From: a virus
Length of the DNA: 64,000 nucleotides
Virus record (IMG/VR): IMGVR_UViG_3300031240_000002
Span: 1-64,000 of that record
Reading direction: 5' to 3' (one strand)
Shown: piece after piece, positions 26,640 to 36,723 of the stretch
Layout: each line of letters begins with the position of its first letter
Position numbering within the stretch: position 1 is the first letter of the stretch
Notes under the pieces: model-generated
Database searches by the model: none
What the model saw: the letters and a program-made list of their open reading frames with translations, nothing else
Told to the model about the DNA's origin: nothing
Position numbers and translations under genes: made by a program

Positions 26640-28097
26640 CTACCGGAGGCGCTTCACGCCGTGGTCGAAGCCGAGGAACGCCAGGACAAGAGTTCCCGCC
26701 CCCGCAGCCGCAGCCCAGAATGTCGGCAGCAGCGCATTGAACGGCAGCACGCCTCGCCCGGGTACCTGGCCTGCGGTGGCAGTCAGGAGAGGAGGGAATC
26801 CCGTAGCACTGAACCCAGGAGAAGCCGCGGTCCCATCGCCCTGGTCTGGATAGGCATCACTCGTTCCGGTGCCGGTGCCAGCGAGAAACGAGCACGCCGC
26901 TCGGCTTGAGATCGCCGGCACCACGGGGGGCGAATTCACTTCGAGCTTAGCGGTCGCTGCACCACCGTAGACGTGCTGAACATTGTTCAGGTTGGCGAGG
27001 AAGCTCACGCCATCGTGGTACGTGTACGAATCGTCCATGAAGCAGGCCGCCCGCCGTGTGGTGTTCGCGATGACGCTGCCGAGTCCGATGTAGACGCAGG
27101 CGGCAGTTGGGGCGCTGCCGCGCGGCGTGGTGATCGCCGCGGTCGGTCTCCCCGTCGACAGGGTCGGCGGCGTCGTGCTCTCGACGATGACCACGGGCGC
27201 GTGGAGCGTCGTGCCCATCTGCGGCGCGTGGCGGCCGCCGACCGCGTAGAGGTAGTAGGGCTTGTTCCATGTCGCGCTCGCGGGCGAGCCGAACGGATTG
27301 GCCGCGCCGTCCTGGAAGATCTCCAGCGAGACCCCGAGTGTCTCGATCAGTTCGCCGTCGATGATCACCCGGCAGTCGTCCAGGGCGCCGAACGAGATCG
27401 TCGATGCCGTGGTCGTCGGGTCGGCGGTCAGGTCCCACTGCGGTTTGAACCCGGAGACGATCCCGCTGAAGTTCGACCAGGGAAACGGCGCGCGCCGGAA
27501 CATCCGCGGCACCGCGGAGAATCCCGTCGCATCGCTGGCGCCGGTCGGGACAAAGACCTCGAACAGCGCGAATGCCCCAGATGGAACCGCAGGCGGGACA
27601 GGCGAGGAGCCAGGCGTCCCTGCGACGACGGCGAGCGTCGCCTGTGGGTTTGTCGTCTTGAAGACGTTCTGCGGCGTCGTCGTGCGCGCGACCGGGTCCA
27701 CCAGGATCGTCCGGCTCTGGCTGTCCGCGTCGACCGCCGCCGGCGTCGCCACCACCAGGTCGATCCGCGGATTCCCCGACGGAGCGCCGAAGGTCAGCAC
27801 CGTCTGCGCCCAGCGCGCGATCTCGTAGGCGCTGTCGTCCGCGGTGAGGCTGCTGTCGCCGGGGTTCCAGCAGAGCGCCTGCGCGGCCGCCAGGGTCATG
27901 TTGAAGGTGGCCACGACGCCCACCAGCGAGCACGGTCCGCTCAGACCCGTGATCGGTATGCCACCCACGTCTGAGCTGGCGTCGGCCAGGAGGTTCTGCA
28001 GATCGCGGCTCGCGAGCGACTGCAACCGATTGACGTCCGACGTGATGAATTCTTCGCGCGCGTTGAATTTCTCTCGGGACGTTCCGATGCCGCTCAT
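26640..28097 (-). CDS. baseplate-attached tail protein / short fibre
   Basis: NPRIDLVVA...VVAGTPGSSPVPPAVPSG.FAL.EV.VP motif typical of minor tail proteins. Confidence 0.7.
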   Translation of the reverse strand: MSGIGTSREKFNAREEFITSDVNRLQSLASRDLQNLLADASSDVGGIPITGLSGPCSLVGVVATFNMTLAAAQALCWNPGDSSLTADDSAYEIARWAQTVLTFGAPSGNPRIDLVVATPAAVDADSQSRTILVDPVARTTTPQNVFKTTNPQATLAVVAGTPGSSPVPPAVPSGAFALFEVFVPTGASDATGFSAVPRMFRRAPFPWSNFSGIVSGFKPQWDLTADPTTTASTISFGALDDCRVIIDGELIETLGVSLEIFQDGAANPFGSPASATWNKPYYLYAVGGRHAPQMGTTLHAPVVIVESTTPPTLSTGRPTAAITTPRGSAPTAACVYIGLGSVIANTTRRAACFMDDSYTYHDGVSFLANLNNVQHVYGGAATAKLEVNSPPVVPAISSRAACSFLAGTGTGTSDAYPDQGDGTAASPGFSATGFPPLLTATAGQVPGRGVLPFNALLPTFWAAAAGAGTLVLAFLGFDHGVKRLR

Positions 28098-28130
28098 GCG
28101 GCGATGCTACACGGGGACCAGAGCGAGCGT

Positions 28131-28646
28131 CTATCCGCCGTCTGCCGGGATGCAGATTTCGAACACCGCGACGTAGGTCTTTCCGATTGGGCATGTACCG
28201 CCATCGCCGGCCAGAACGGTGCCCCCTGGACAACTCGCCAGCGGCACGCTGGCCGGACATGGCTGGGCATTGGGATCGCAATAGCGGACGCCTGGTACCG
28301 AGACACAGGCGTCGGTGCCAGCGTCGAGACGACCGTCCGCGCCCGCTGCCTGGCCTCCGCCGTCCTGGCCGCCCGTAGCGCCCCCTGTGGCTTCCAGCCC
28401 GCCTGCCTGCCCGCCGGGGGCACCAGCGAGCCCGCCAGCGCCACCGAGACTCGCCTGCAGCTGGGCGGCATCAGGAGTGACCGACCCACACCCAGACACC
28501 GCGACGCCCACGCCGAGCGCCAGCCCGAACATGATCGCCACGACGATCCACAGGCTGACCTGAGGATTCGCATGGGCCGCCCGCGACAACGGGACGGGCA
28601 GGCGCCGGCAGAGGAAGCAGTCCGGGTCCGAGCAGGTCATCATCAT
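28131..28646 (-). CDS. lipoprotein-like moron with Gly-rich linker and Cys-rich C-terminus
   Basis: hydrophobic segment ending VSGC; GGAGG/DAG linker; own TAGTAT promoter. Confidence 0.65.
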   Translation of the reverse strand: MMMTCSDPDCFLCRRLPVPLSRAAHANPQVSLWIVVAIMFGLALGVGVAVSGCGSVTPDAAQLQASLGGAGGLAGAPGGQAGGLEATGGATGGQDGGGQAAGADGRLDAGTDACVSVPGVRYCDPNAQPCPASVPLASCPGGTVLAGDGGTCPIGKTYVAVFEICIPADGG

Positions 28647-28652
28647 GGTCGA

Positions 28653-28663
28653 GATACTACGCG
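28653..28663 (-). promoter_or_regulatory. CGCGTAGTATC motif copy 7
   Basis: exact 11-mer; TAGTAT 7 nt before ATG 28646. Confidence 0.75.
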
Positions 28664-28665
28664 AC

Positions 28666-30417
28666 TCAGGTCGCCAAGACGGACCGCACCCAAAACCAGG
28701 CGACCAGGTTGCCGACCGCGAAACCGTCCGACTGCACCCACCCGTGGATCCCGGTGACGCGCTGGGTGGGGATCGTGGCCCGCTGGGTATCCTGGCGGCG
28801 ATAAACGGGCGTCGTCAGGTGGGTCCCGTCCTCGAGGTCGTAGACCAGGAAGTGGGAGACGTGGGGGGATAGGGTCAGGGACGAGCAGTCGTGACCGGCG
28901 AACGCCTCGGAGACCCACCAGATCTGGCCGGAGGCGGGCGCGAGGTCGAAGACCTTGGTCGGGGAAGCTCCGCTCGACTGGCCCTCCCCGAGCTCCAACG
29001 TGAGGCCGTAGAGGGCGATGTCGAACTGGACCCCGCCCGCCTTCTTGTTGGAGACGTCCTGGTAGAGCGCGAGCAGCGCGGACGTGACCCCGGGCGGGAG
29101 GCTCGGCGCGCCCTCCGGGAACCCGAGCACCGGGTCGTCACCGAAGCCACCGTCGTCGAAGAAGAACTCGTAGCCCTGCGGGTCCCTGACCAGGTCCTGA
29201 AGTTGGACCTCGAAGTAGGCCGTGGCCATCCGGCGGTCGACCCCGAAGAGGCCGCTCTCCGGATCGTCGAAGAAGCCGAGGAGCTGGTCGTCCCCGAACA
29301 TCGCCCCGAAGCTCCCAAGGCCATAGCTGGCCTTGAGCGCGGGGGTGGCGCCGTCGTCGAACGGCTCGAGGACCAGCACGGGCGGCAGGCCGAGCTGCTG
29401 GGCCATCTGCTGGGCGCTCTGCGCCACGGCGATGGGGGAGACCGCGTCCGGCATGTTCCGGATCCGCTGGCGGTAGGATCCCTCCGTCTCCCCCGCCTGG
29501 CGGAGCTGGCCGCGCTCGGAGCCCCAGACCGATAGATAGTCGGCCGCCGCCCCCTGGATTGGGTCGGACGGGCCAATCGTCGTGAAGACCGTGGCGAAAA
29601 GCCCCACATGCGCGAAGGCGAGCGGCGTGGTCCCGAGGACGTACGGGGCGGTGGTGGTGAGCTGCCAGAGCTGGCCTCCGTGGGTCGTCCCCTGCGCGAC
29701 CGGGACGAGCATCCCGGCCAGGACAGCCGAGGACACCAGGAAGTCCTCCGGGCGCGCCCAGGCGCCGCTGGCGGCGACCCAGAGGCCGTTCTGCGCCTGG
29801 GCGGTCTGACCGGTCAGGAGCACCCGGTCGTTGGCGCCCAGCGCCACCCCGTCGATCGTGGGCAGGCCCGTGAGCGCCTGGTTGGTGGTCGCCAGGACGC
29901 GCGCTGCGGCGAAGATGAGGGCCGCAGGCGCGAACAGGACGCCACCCGCCCCGTCGTTCACCACCAGCGATGCCGGGTCGACCATGAATCCGGGGTCGTC
30001 CTCGCTGTTGACCAGCTCCGTCTTGCGCAGCGTGGCGACCGGGACCGACAGACTGGTGACGCCGGACCCCACCGCCACCGCGACCGTGGCGATCGCCTGG
30101 ACGCCGCGCGCGTCGATGAAGCCGTACCCGAGCGGTAGGATCCCGCTGGTACCGCCAGCGGCGCGGGAGACGGTGACGGTCGAGCTCCCCACCTGGCCCC
30201 CCGAGGCCGTCGAGATCATCCCCTGGGCGCCGTTGTGGTCGACCCCCACGCCGAGGCGCGCGAAGACCTGGATCATCGCCCCCAGGACGGTGGCGCTGTC
30301 CATGTCGTCGAGGATCGGCTGCAGCCACCCGAACTCGTCGGTGGTCCGCCGCAGCATCGCGAGGAGGCTGTCGAAGGTCTCCACGGGGTCAGCCCCTTGG
30401 TCGGTGCGGGCGGGCAC
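28666..30417 (-). CDS. baseplate wedge protein with an inserted fibre-type domain
   Basis: YLSVWGSERGQLRQAGETEGSYRQRI wedge motif; internal TIDGVALGANDRVLLTGQT..QNGLW domain. Confidence 0.7.
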   Translation of the reverse strand: MPARTDQGADPVETFDSLLAMLRRTTDEFGWLQPILDDMDSATVLGAMIQVFARLGVGVDHNGAQGMISTASGGQVGSSTVTVSRAAGGTSGILPLGYGFIDARGVQAIATVAVAVGSGVTSLSVPVATLRKTELVNSEDDPGFMVDPASLVVNDGAGGVLFAPAALIFAAARVLATTNQALTGLPTIDGVALGANDRVLLTGQTAQAQNGLWVAASGAWARPEDFLVSSAVLAGMLVPVAQGTTHGGQLWQLTTTAPYVLGTTPLAFAHVGLFATVFTTIGPSDPIQGAAADYLSVWGSERGQLRQAGETEGSYRQRIRNMPDAVSPIAVAQSAQQMAQQLGLPPVLVLEPFDDGATPALKASYGLGSFGAMFGDDQLLGFFDDPESGLFGVDRRMATAYFEVQLQDLVRDPQGYEFFFDDGGFGDDPVLGFPEGAPSLPPGVTSALLALYQDVSNKKAGGVQFDIALYGLTLELGEGQSSGASPTKVFDLAPASGQIWWVSEAFAGHDCSSLTLSPHVSHFLVYDLEDGTHLTTPVYRRQDTQRATIPTQRVTGIHGWVQSDGFAVGNLVAWFWVRSVLAT

Positions 30418-30601
30418 CGCGGAATGCGGCCGGACGACCGCGCAACCAGAAGACCGGCCGGGCTCCGGTGCGATCGTTCAGCATGATCCCGTAGGCAGTC
30501 GGCCTGCCTTCCCGGCTCTCAAGCCAGCCGAGCGCCTCCAAGATCTCGTCCGGGCATTCCACGGAAGAATCGGAGTAGTCGACCGGGCGAGGATCGCTCA
30601 C
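30389..30601 (-). CDS. small hypothetical protein between baseplate genes
   Basis: GTG overlapping the baseplate J stop; fills the gap. Confidence 0.4.
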   Translation of the reverse strand: MSDPRPVDYSDSSVECPDEILEALGWLESREGRPTAYGIMLNDRTGARPVFWLRGRPAAFRGARPHRPRG

Positions 30602-31707
30602 GAGATGAAGCTCACGTCCTGCGGGCGCACGCGCAGGATCTGGCTGTTCGAGGTCGTCTCGACGTCGCCCACCGGCGCCACGACCGAGTTCGCGGTGACG
30701 ATCACCCCCGGCACGGCGCGCGCGGCCGCAGCGCAGTCGCTCACCAGCAGGGGCTGGCCCGGCCGGTAGAACTGCGAGATCGCCACCATCGTCGCGCGCA
30801 CGGCCGAGGAAGCCGCCACGGTGTCGATCCCCGCCTGGAACTCCAGGTCGTAGACCACCTGCTCGTACTGGATCTGGCCGCCCGAGACGAAGACCGGGAT
30901 CCCGGCGGCGCGGTAGGTCAGCAGGTTGTCGATCACCCCCTGGATCATCGCCCGCGAGCTGTTGCCGTTCTGGTCGCTGATGACGAGCTCGACGGCGCCG
31001 GCGGGCAGGGCATTGCCTGGGTTCACGATCTCGAAGGCCGTGGCCACCGTCGCGCCGACGCCGGCCGAGATGGCGCCGTACTGGATGGCCGCCAAGATCC
31101 CCCGGCGGGCGGTGATATAGAAGGTCAGCGCGCGCGCGCGGAAGTAGTCGTCGCTCTCGACCTCGTTCCCCCCCGCCGCGCCGGTCGGATTGGTGACGGT
31201 GATGCTGTCGTCGAACGGCGGGGTGACCCAGCTGTCCAGCGCGCCCGCCGCGACGTTCTGCGCCGATCCCGTAACCGCCGCGACGCCCTCGCCTGGCTGG
31301 GTCAGGTCGGTGGCGCCGAACACCACGTCGGTCTGCAGGGTGAAGATCGACCCGTCGGAGGTGGTGAGCTGGCTCCCCGCCGAGATCGTCCCGCCGCCGG
31401 CGCCGTCGGTCGGACGCGCGAGCTCCAGGTCGACGGTCGCTAGCGTCGCCGGCAGGCGCGTGATCCCGAAGCGGTCGGCGACCACCTTGTCGAGCGCCGC
31501 GCCACGCGCGGTGGAGACGAACAGGCCACGAACGCACTTCGCCCAGGCGGCGGTGATCATCTCGCCCATGAGCGAGGCCCCGCCGAACAGCAGGTTGATG
31601 TTGGACCCCGGGACGTCGATGATCGCCGGGTTGATCCGGATCAGCTGCTGCTGCTTCGCGTAGCGGCGGGCCTGCGAAAAGAGGTCCTGCCTGGACGGGA
31701 GATCCAC
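30598..31707 (-). CDS. baseplate J / Mu gp47-like wedge protein
   Basis: STARGAALD...FGITRLPAT; VTNPTGAAGGNEVESDDYFRAR. Confidence 0.9.
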   Translation of the reverse strand: MDLPSRQDLFSQARRYAKQQQLIRINPAIIDVPGSNINLLFGGASLMGEMITAAWAKCVRGLFVSTARGAALDKVVADRFGITRLPATLATVDLELARPTDGAGGGTISAGSQLTTSDGSIFTLQTDVVFGATDLTQPGEGVAAVTGSAQNVAAGALDSWVTPPFDDSITVTNPTGAAGGNEVESDDYFRARALTFYITARRGILAAIQYGAISAGVGATVATAFEIVNPGNALPAGAVELVISDQNGNSSRAMIQGVIDNLLTYRAAGIPVFVSGGQIQYEQVVYDLEFQAGIDTVAASSAVRATMVAISQFYRPGQPLLVSDCAAAARAVPGVIVTANSVVAPVGDVETTSNSQILRVRPQDVSFIS

Positions 31708-31711
31708 GGGT

Positions 31712-32572
31712 TCAGCCCCCCGCCGGCGAGACCTGGCCGAGCGCGCTCACGCTGCCGCCAGAGTCGACGAAGGTTCCCCGCCGCGTCTTCACGGTGGGGG
31801 CGAAGGTGGTGAGGCCGTTGCTGGCCTGGGAGACGAAGAGCGCGGCCGCCGCCACGTCGGGCTCCTGCTTGATCTGGCTCAGCATGTCGGTCTTCGTGCT
31901 GGCGAGCATGGCGGGCGAGCCGAGCGACTTGAGGTCGACCGCGGAGCCGTACCCGGGGAGCGTCTTGAAGGCGTTCTTCTTGGTGAACATGCGCCGGTAG
32001 ACACGGACCTTCGTTCCCCCGTCCGGCGTGTCGAGCGCGATGTCCCCGCCCGCGAACGCCATCATGCCGGTGGCGACCGGCTGCAGAATGTCGACGAGGT
32101 CCTGGGGCCGCTGGTAGGTGAGCTTCGTCTGTTGGAGCCGCTGGACACCACCGAAGTCGGCGCTGGCCGGCGTTCCAAGCCCACCACCCGCCAGCGACTG
32201 TAGCCCCTGCTGCACGGTGACCAGGTAGAGCACCCCGAAGACCAGCGCCACGTCGGTGTGGACGTCGAAACCCCGCTCGCTGCTGGCCCCGCCGTTCCCG
32301 ACGCCATACTCGCCGGGGAGGTGCATGAGCGCGTCGACCGCAAGCGTCGCCGGGGCCGCGGCGTTGCCACTCGGCACCGAAAACAGATAGTTGCTCGGGT
32401 TGAGCGCGTCCCCGGCCCCGCCAGGGCTGACGTGCAGGGGCTCCTCGTTGAAGACGACGCGTGCGACGTGGGAGGCGACGGCCAGCGCCCGGACGACGGT
32501 GATCGGGCCGCCCGCCCCCATGCGCCCGATGCCGAATGAGCTCCGGCCGAAGCCGCGCGGTTGGGTCGCCAC
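31712..32572 (-). CDS. baseplate wedge W/gp25-like protein
   Basis: C-terminal GDIAL...RRMFT....F...PGYG...QIKQEPDV; upstream of J. Confidence 0.65.
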   Translation of the reverse strand: MATQPRGFGRSSFGIGRMGAGGPITVVRALAVASHVARVVFNEEPLHVSPGGAGDALNPSNYLFSVPSGNAAAPATLAVDALMHLPGEYGVGNGGASSERGFDVHTDVALVFGVLYLVTVQQGLQSLAGGGLGTPASADFGGVQRLQQTKLTYQRPQDLVDILQPVATGMMAFAGGDIALDTPDGGTKVRVYRRMFTKKNAFKTLPGYGSAVDLKSLGSPAMLASTKTDMLSQIKQEPDVAAAALFVSQASNGLTTFAPTVKTRRGTFVDSGGSVSALGQVSPAGG

Positions 32573-32613
32573 GGGACCATCCTACGGGCGGGCCGCCCGC
32601 TGCGGCAAGAAGG

Positions 32614-33333
32614 TCAGCCGGCTTTGACGGTGTCGGACGATCCCGTGATCGCGCCGCCGTCGAACTCAATGGCCGTCCCAGGCCCCGGCGGCCCCCCCGG
32701 CGAGAATCCCCCCGTCGCCAGAAGGGCGGTCGCCAGGTGCTCGACATCGGTCGGGCTCATGTTCAGCTTCGTCGAGTCGCCCTTCCGCGCCACCCCGGCC
32801 GTCCCGCCGTTGAGGATGATCGACCCGTCCGGGTTCACCAGGACGGTGCTCGTGTGCTCGCCGTCGGTCGAGCGGAGATCGATCGGGACGCCGGCGGCGT
32901 AGACCAGGAAGCGGTCGTTCTGGAAGATCGGCTTTCCGTCGGCGCCGACCGGAACGACGTTGGCGTCGCCGTCCGCGATCACCGCCAGGATCCGCGGGAC
33001 CATCGAGACGTCCCCATCCGGGATGCCCACCACCACCTGGTCGCCCACCTTGATAGGGCCGCAGACGAAGACCGTCCCCGCGGCGATCCCATGGGTGCAG
33101 GTGCAGGGGTGGCCGCTCGGCTCGAGCACCACGTCGACGTCGATCCCAGCGGGGCTGATCACGATCGCGTTCGGGTTCGATAGGTCGACCTCCCCGTCGT
33201 CGTCGACCGCCGCGACGGTCGCGTAGCTGACCCAGTGACGGAGATCGGCGCCCTGATGGGCCAGCGCCTTGCCGATCCGCCTGGCATCCCAGCTCTTCCG
33301 GATCGCCGTTCCCGCCCGTGCGCGCCGCGCCAT
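32614..33333 (-). CDS. baseplate spike (gpV-like)
   Basis: PIKVGDQVVVGIPDGD, GVARKGD, GAITGSSDTVKAG C-terminus. Confidence 0.75.
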   Translation of the reverse strand: MARRARAGTAIRKSWDARRIGKALAHQGADLRHWVSYATVAAVDDDGEVDLSNPNAIVISPAGIDVDVVLEPSGHPCTCTHGIAAGTVFVCGPIKVGDQVVVGIPDGDVSMVPRILAVIADGDANVVPVGADGKPIFQNDRFLVYAAGVPIDLRSTDGEHTSTVLVNPDGSIILNGGTAGVARKGDSTKLNMSPTDVEHLATALLATGGFSPGGPPGPGTAIEFDGGAITGSSDTVKAG

Positions 33334-35510
33334 CAGAGTCCCCCCGACTTCGTGTTCAGGATCGCGCTCAGGTTATCGGCGGTCGCGGCGGCCGCGGGGT
33401 CGGGGACGGACGTCGTCTTCGCCGCCTTCAGCTGGTCGTTGAGGTCCCGATCCTGCTTCGACAGATTCTGCGGGAGGTTCCGGGCCTCCTGGAAGGTGGC
33501 GAGCTCGATCGAGGCCGACCAGCCGTCATCCGAGTTCCACCGGTGCTCGACCGCCCGGCAGTAGAACCAGTCGGTCAGCTTCGTGCTCTGGAAGGCGGTC
33601 TCCAGCTTGGCGAGCGCCTGGTCGATCTTCGACTTCGACGATGCGCTGTTTCCGTCCACTCCCGCCGAAGACTGGCGCGAGGTGGCGCCGGCGAAGCGCG
33701 GGCTGTCGGCCGACTCGAGCAGCGCGCGCCGCAGGAACGCCGGGTTGTAGCGGCGCGCCATGAGCTCGGAGAGCCCGTTCACCACCTGGTTGTTGCTGGC
33801 GGGATCGGCGACGCCGACCATCACCCGGCACGGCGTCCCGGGCCGCAGGCGCAGCACGTCGGGGTTTGGCTTCCCGCTATCGGGGTCGTAGTAGCTGGCG
33901 AGGTCGGTGGTCTCGATGGTCACCACCGACTCGTGCCGACCGATCGTGTGGTAGAGCGCGACCGCGATCTGCTGGAGCTGCTCTTGCGAGCGGCACTCCT
34001 TGATGAGCCGGACCACCTCCTCCTCGATCGGGGCGTGGCCCTTGCCCACCTGGCCCGATCCCTTCGCCGAGACGGTCGTCCCGCGCGTGGTGGTCGGGAA
34101 GACAGCGGTCAACGTCCGCTTGCCGGCCGGAGCGTCGGGGTTGTGGCCGATGCAGCGGACCCGCGGCGCCTTCACACGCCCGTACTTCCGGGCGGTCTTC
34201 ATGCTGGTGATGTTCGAGCCCCACACGAAGAACCGGCACTGGCTGAAGACCTGGGTGGTCCCGCCGACGGTGATGGTCCGCGAGAAGCCGTCCGGCGGCC
34301 CGCCTGGGATCGTGATCCCGTCCTGCGGCGTCTCCATCAGGTTCTGGGGCGGCATGAGGAGGATGTTGTTGGCGCCGATCGGCTGGGTGCTGCCGTCGGT
34401 GTCGACCGCCACGATCGACGGGTCATAGACCGGGATCACCCCGGCCAGCCAGGCGGCGCGCGTGATGATGTCCCAGACGCTGACGTCGGCCACCTGGGGC
34501 GCGGGTGAGGAGAAGCCGACGCCGGCGGGCGTGCCGTTGCCGGGGTCCTGCCCCGGCGCTGTCCCTGGCGGCGGGGCGCCTTGCACCATGCCGCCGGCGG
34601 CGGCGCGGCTCTGGGCGCTCTGCAGGCTCTTCTTGAACAGCTTGGCGTCCAGGAATGGGATCTGGCTGGGGTCGACGTTGGGGAACATCCGCACGCCGAT
34701 CGGGTTGCCGTAGGTCCCGTTGAACTCGGGGATCGTCGAGACCAAGCGCTGCACGTAGGAGGTGATCGGCTCGCCGCCCTTTGCGATCCGGCGGGCCTTG
34801 GTGAACGGGTTGATCTTGAGGGCCATGAGGCGCTGCTCGAGCGAGAGCGCGGTGACGTGGACGGCCAGCCGCCCCTCGTCGGTGTCCATCGACTCCTCGT
34901 CGGCGTAGCCCCGGAAGACGGGGGGCGTCTGGAACAGCTTCGGGATCCAGCGGACGGGGTTGGCGAAGTCGTTCACCCCCACTTCGTCGCAGAAGACCTC
35001 GACGAACAGCGAGCGCACGAGGTCGGGCGGCAGCGGGAGGTTGGCGAGCGGGACCTCAAGCTCCAGCTTGTCGGCCTGGTTGAACCCGTTAAGCGAGAGC
35101 GTTAGGTCCGTCGGAACCACGCGCAGCTCGATCGAGTAGTCGTCCGCGCCAGCCCCGAGCGGCGCCGCCGCCTGCACGCCGGACGTCTTCCCCTGCTGCA
35201 TCTTGGCGACCTTCTTGGTCGCCTGCTCGACTTGGGCGTCGAGGTTCACGTCGAGATCGCCGGAGGCACGTCGCACCGCCTGCAGCGCCTGCATCTGCTG
35301 GAGGTTCTGGACGGCCCTGGCGTGTGGGTCCTTGGCCGGTGCGCTCTCGACCTGGGCGAACTGGCCGTCGTCGTTCGTGAAGTCTTCGAGGCGGATCGTC
35401 AGCTTGATCGCGTAGGCCGGGCGGTAGACCTTCTCGGCGCCGCCGCTCGCTGGCACGCCGCTGTCGCCGGGGACGCCCGTGGGGGTCGCCGGGGTGACCG
35501 GTGACGCCAC
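33333..35510 (-). CDS. baseplate hub protein
   Basis: 725 aa between the LysM protein and the spike; SVWDII, FYCRAVEHRWNSDDGWSASIE. Confidence 0.7.
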   Translation of the reverse strand: MASPVTPATPTGVPGDSGVPASGGAEKVYRPAYAIKLTIRLEDFTNDDGQFAQVESAPAKDPHARAVQNLQQMQALQAVRRASGDLDVNLDAQVEQATKKVAKMQQGKTSGVQAAAPLGAGADDYSIELRVVPTDLTLSLNGFNQADKLELEVPLANLPLPPDLVRSLFVEVFCDEVGVNDFANPVRWIPKLFQTPPVFRGYADEESMDTDEGRLAVHVTALSLEQRLMALKINPFTKARRIAKGGEPITSYVQRLVSTIPEFNGTYGNPIGVRMFPNVDPSQIPFLDAKLFKKSLQSAQSRAAAGGMVQGAPPPGTAPGQDPGNGTPAGVGFSSPAPQVADVSVWDIITRAAWLAGVIPVYDPSIVAVDTDGSTQPIGANNILLMPPQNLMETPQDGITIPGGPPDGFSRTITVGGTTQVFSQCRFFVWGSNITSMKTARKYGRVKAPRVRCIGHNPDAPAGKRTLTAVFPTTTRGTTVSAKGSGQVGKGHAPIEEEVVRLIKECRSQEQLQQIAVALYHTIGRHESVVTIETTDLASYYDPDSGKPNPDVLRLRPGTPCRVMVGVADPASNNQVVNGLSELMARRYNPAFLRRALLESADSPRFAGATSRQSSAGVDGNSASSKSKIDQALAKLETAFQSTKLTDWFYCRAVEHRWNSDDGWSASIELATFQEARNLPQNLSKQDRDLNDQLKAAKTTSVPDPAAAATADNLSAILNTKSGGL

Positions 35511-35511
35511 G

Positions 35512-36723
35512 TCAGCACGCCTCGGTCAGATTGCTCGACGTGCCCGACTGCGGGCGCGGGATGATGAGCGGTCGGTTGGGCCGGTCGCTCGGTCCGGTCG
35601 GCGCCGCGGGCACCGCCGATCCGTCGATATCGTTGGCCTGCTGGATGAGCCACCACAGCTCGGGCGTCCCGTAATGCTGCGCCGAGAGGTCCCGGAGATC
35701 GGTCCCCGGGATCGCCTGGATCTGCGCCATCACGTCGGGCTGGACGTTCACCGAGATCCCGGTCCCCGCGTCGTAGCAGGTCTCCGACGCTTGGTCGCAC
35801 TGAGCGAGCACGTCGAAGAAGGAGTCCTTGATCCGGATGATGTCGAGCGCGCTGTCGACCACCTCAAGCGCCACCAGGTTGATCGAGAGGATCGTCGAGG
35901 TCATGAGGGCGAGCGAGTCCATGGTGCTCTTGCATGCCCCGATCAGCTGCTGGGCGGCCGCCGCCGGGATGACGACGGCGCTGACGATGGCGCCCGAGGT
36001 GGTCTGGATCGTGTCGCTGGCGGTGTCGACCGCCTCGAACGCCCGGCTCATCGCGTCCAGCGCCGACTGCGGCAGCCCGATCTTGCCGACCTGCGGTCCG
36101 TTCTGGACTGCGGTCCACATGGCCGTCGCCTCGTCCGCGTCGTTGAGGACGTCGGCGAAGCCGGCGCGCGGGTTCATTTGGGCGGTGGCGGAGATCGCGC
36201 TGGCCGTCGCCTCCCCGTTCGACCGCCACTCGAACTCCATCTCCCAGGGGATGTCCTGGGGGCGGATGGGGGACGGCTTGAAGCGGACGAGCATCCCCAC
36301 GCGGACGATCGGATCCGTCGTGAGCGTCGGGTTGCTCACCGTGCCGGCGAGGCCGTGGCCCCAGGAGACCTCCACCGAGAGGCCGCGGGCGACGATGCTC
36401 TCGAAGAGGGCCAGCAGCGACATGGAGGCGCCGTCGCCGAGGAAGCGGTCGTTCCACTCGCCGGTGACCGTGGTGTTCGAGTAGGTCGGCCCGATCGCCT
36501 GCTGCGTCCCGACCGGGTTCCCCGGCGGATACTTCAGGCTCGTCCTCTGCTTGACCTCCCAGGAGACGCCAGCCTGTAGCGGCCCGGCGCGACCGCTCAG
36601 CGACACCACGCCCGGCGGCTGGTTCGGCTGCAGCACGGCGACGGAGAGGTCCCCCTCGATCACCTTGATCTGGAAGGGGAGCGCCTGCGAGGCGAAGAGC
36701 GAAGCGACGGCGACGCCCGACAT
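35512..36723 (-). CDS. tail tube initiator with C-terminal LysM/gpX-like domain
   Basis: PGTDLRDLSAQHYGTPELWWLIQQANDI; follows the tape measure gene. Confidence 0.7.
   Translation of the reverse strand: MSGVAVASLFASQALPFQIKVIEGDLSVAVLQPNQPPGVVSLSGRAGPLQAGVSWEVKQRTSLKYPPGNPVGTQQAIGPTYSNTTVTGEWNDRFLGDGASMSLLALFESIVARGLSVEVSWGHGLAGTVSNPTLTTDPIVRVGMLVRFKPSPIRPQDIPWEMEFEWRSNGEATASAISATAQMNPRAGFADVLNDADEATAMWTAVQNGPQVGKIGLPQSALDAMSRAFEAVDTASDTIQTTSGAIVSAVVIPAAAAQQLIGACKSTMDSLALMTSTILSINLVALEVVDSALDIIRIKDSFFDVLAQCDQASETCYDAGTGISVNVQPDVMAQIQAIPGTDLRDLSAQHYGTPELWWLIQQANDIDGSAVPAAPTGPSDRPNRPLIIPRPQSGTSSNLTEAC

Noticed and set aside
21941-28097. Diversity-generating retroelement or invertible fibre cassette
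   Set aside because: No reverse transcriptase or invertase was recognised, and I saw no adenine-specific TR/VR pair.
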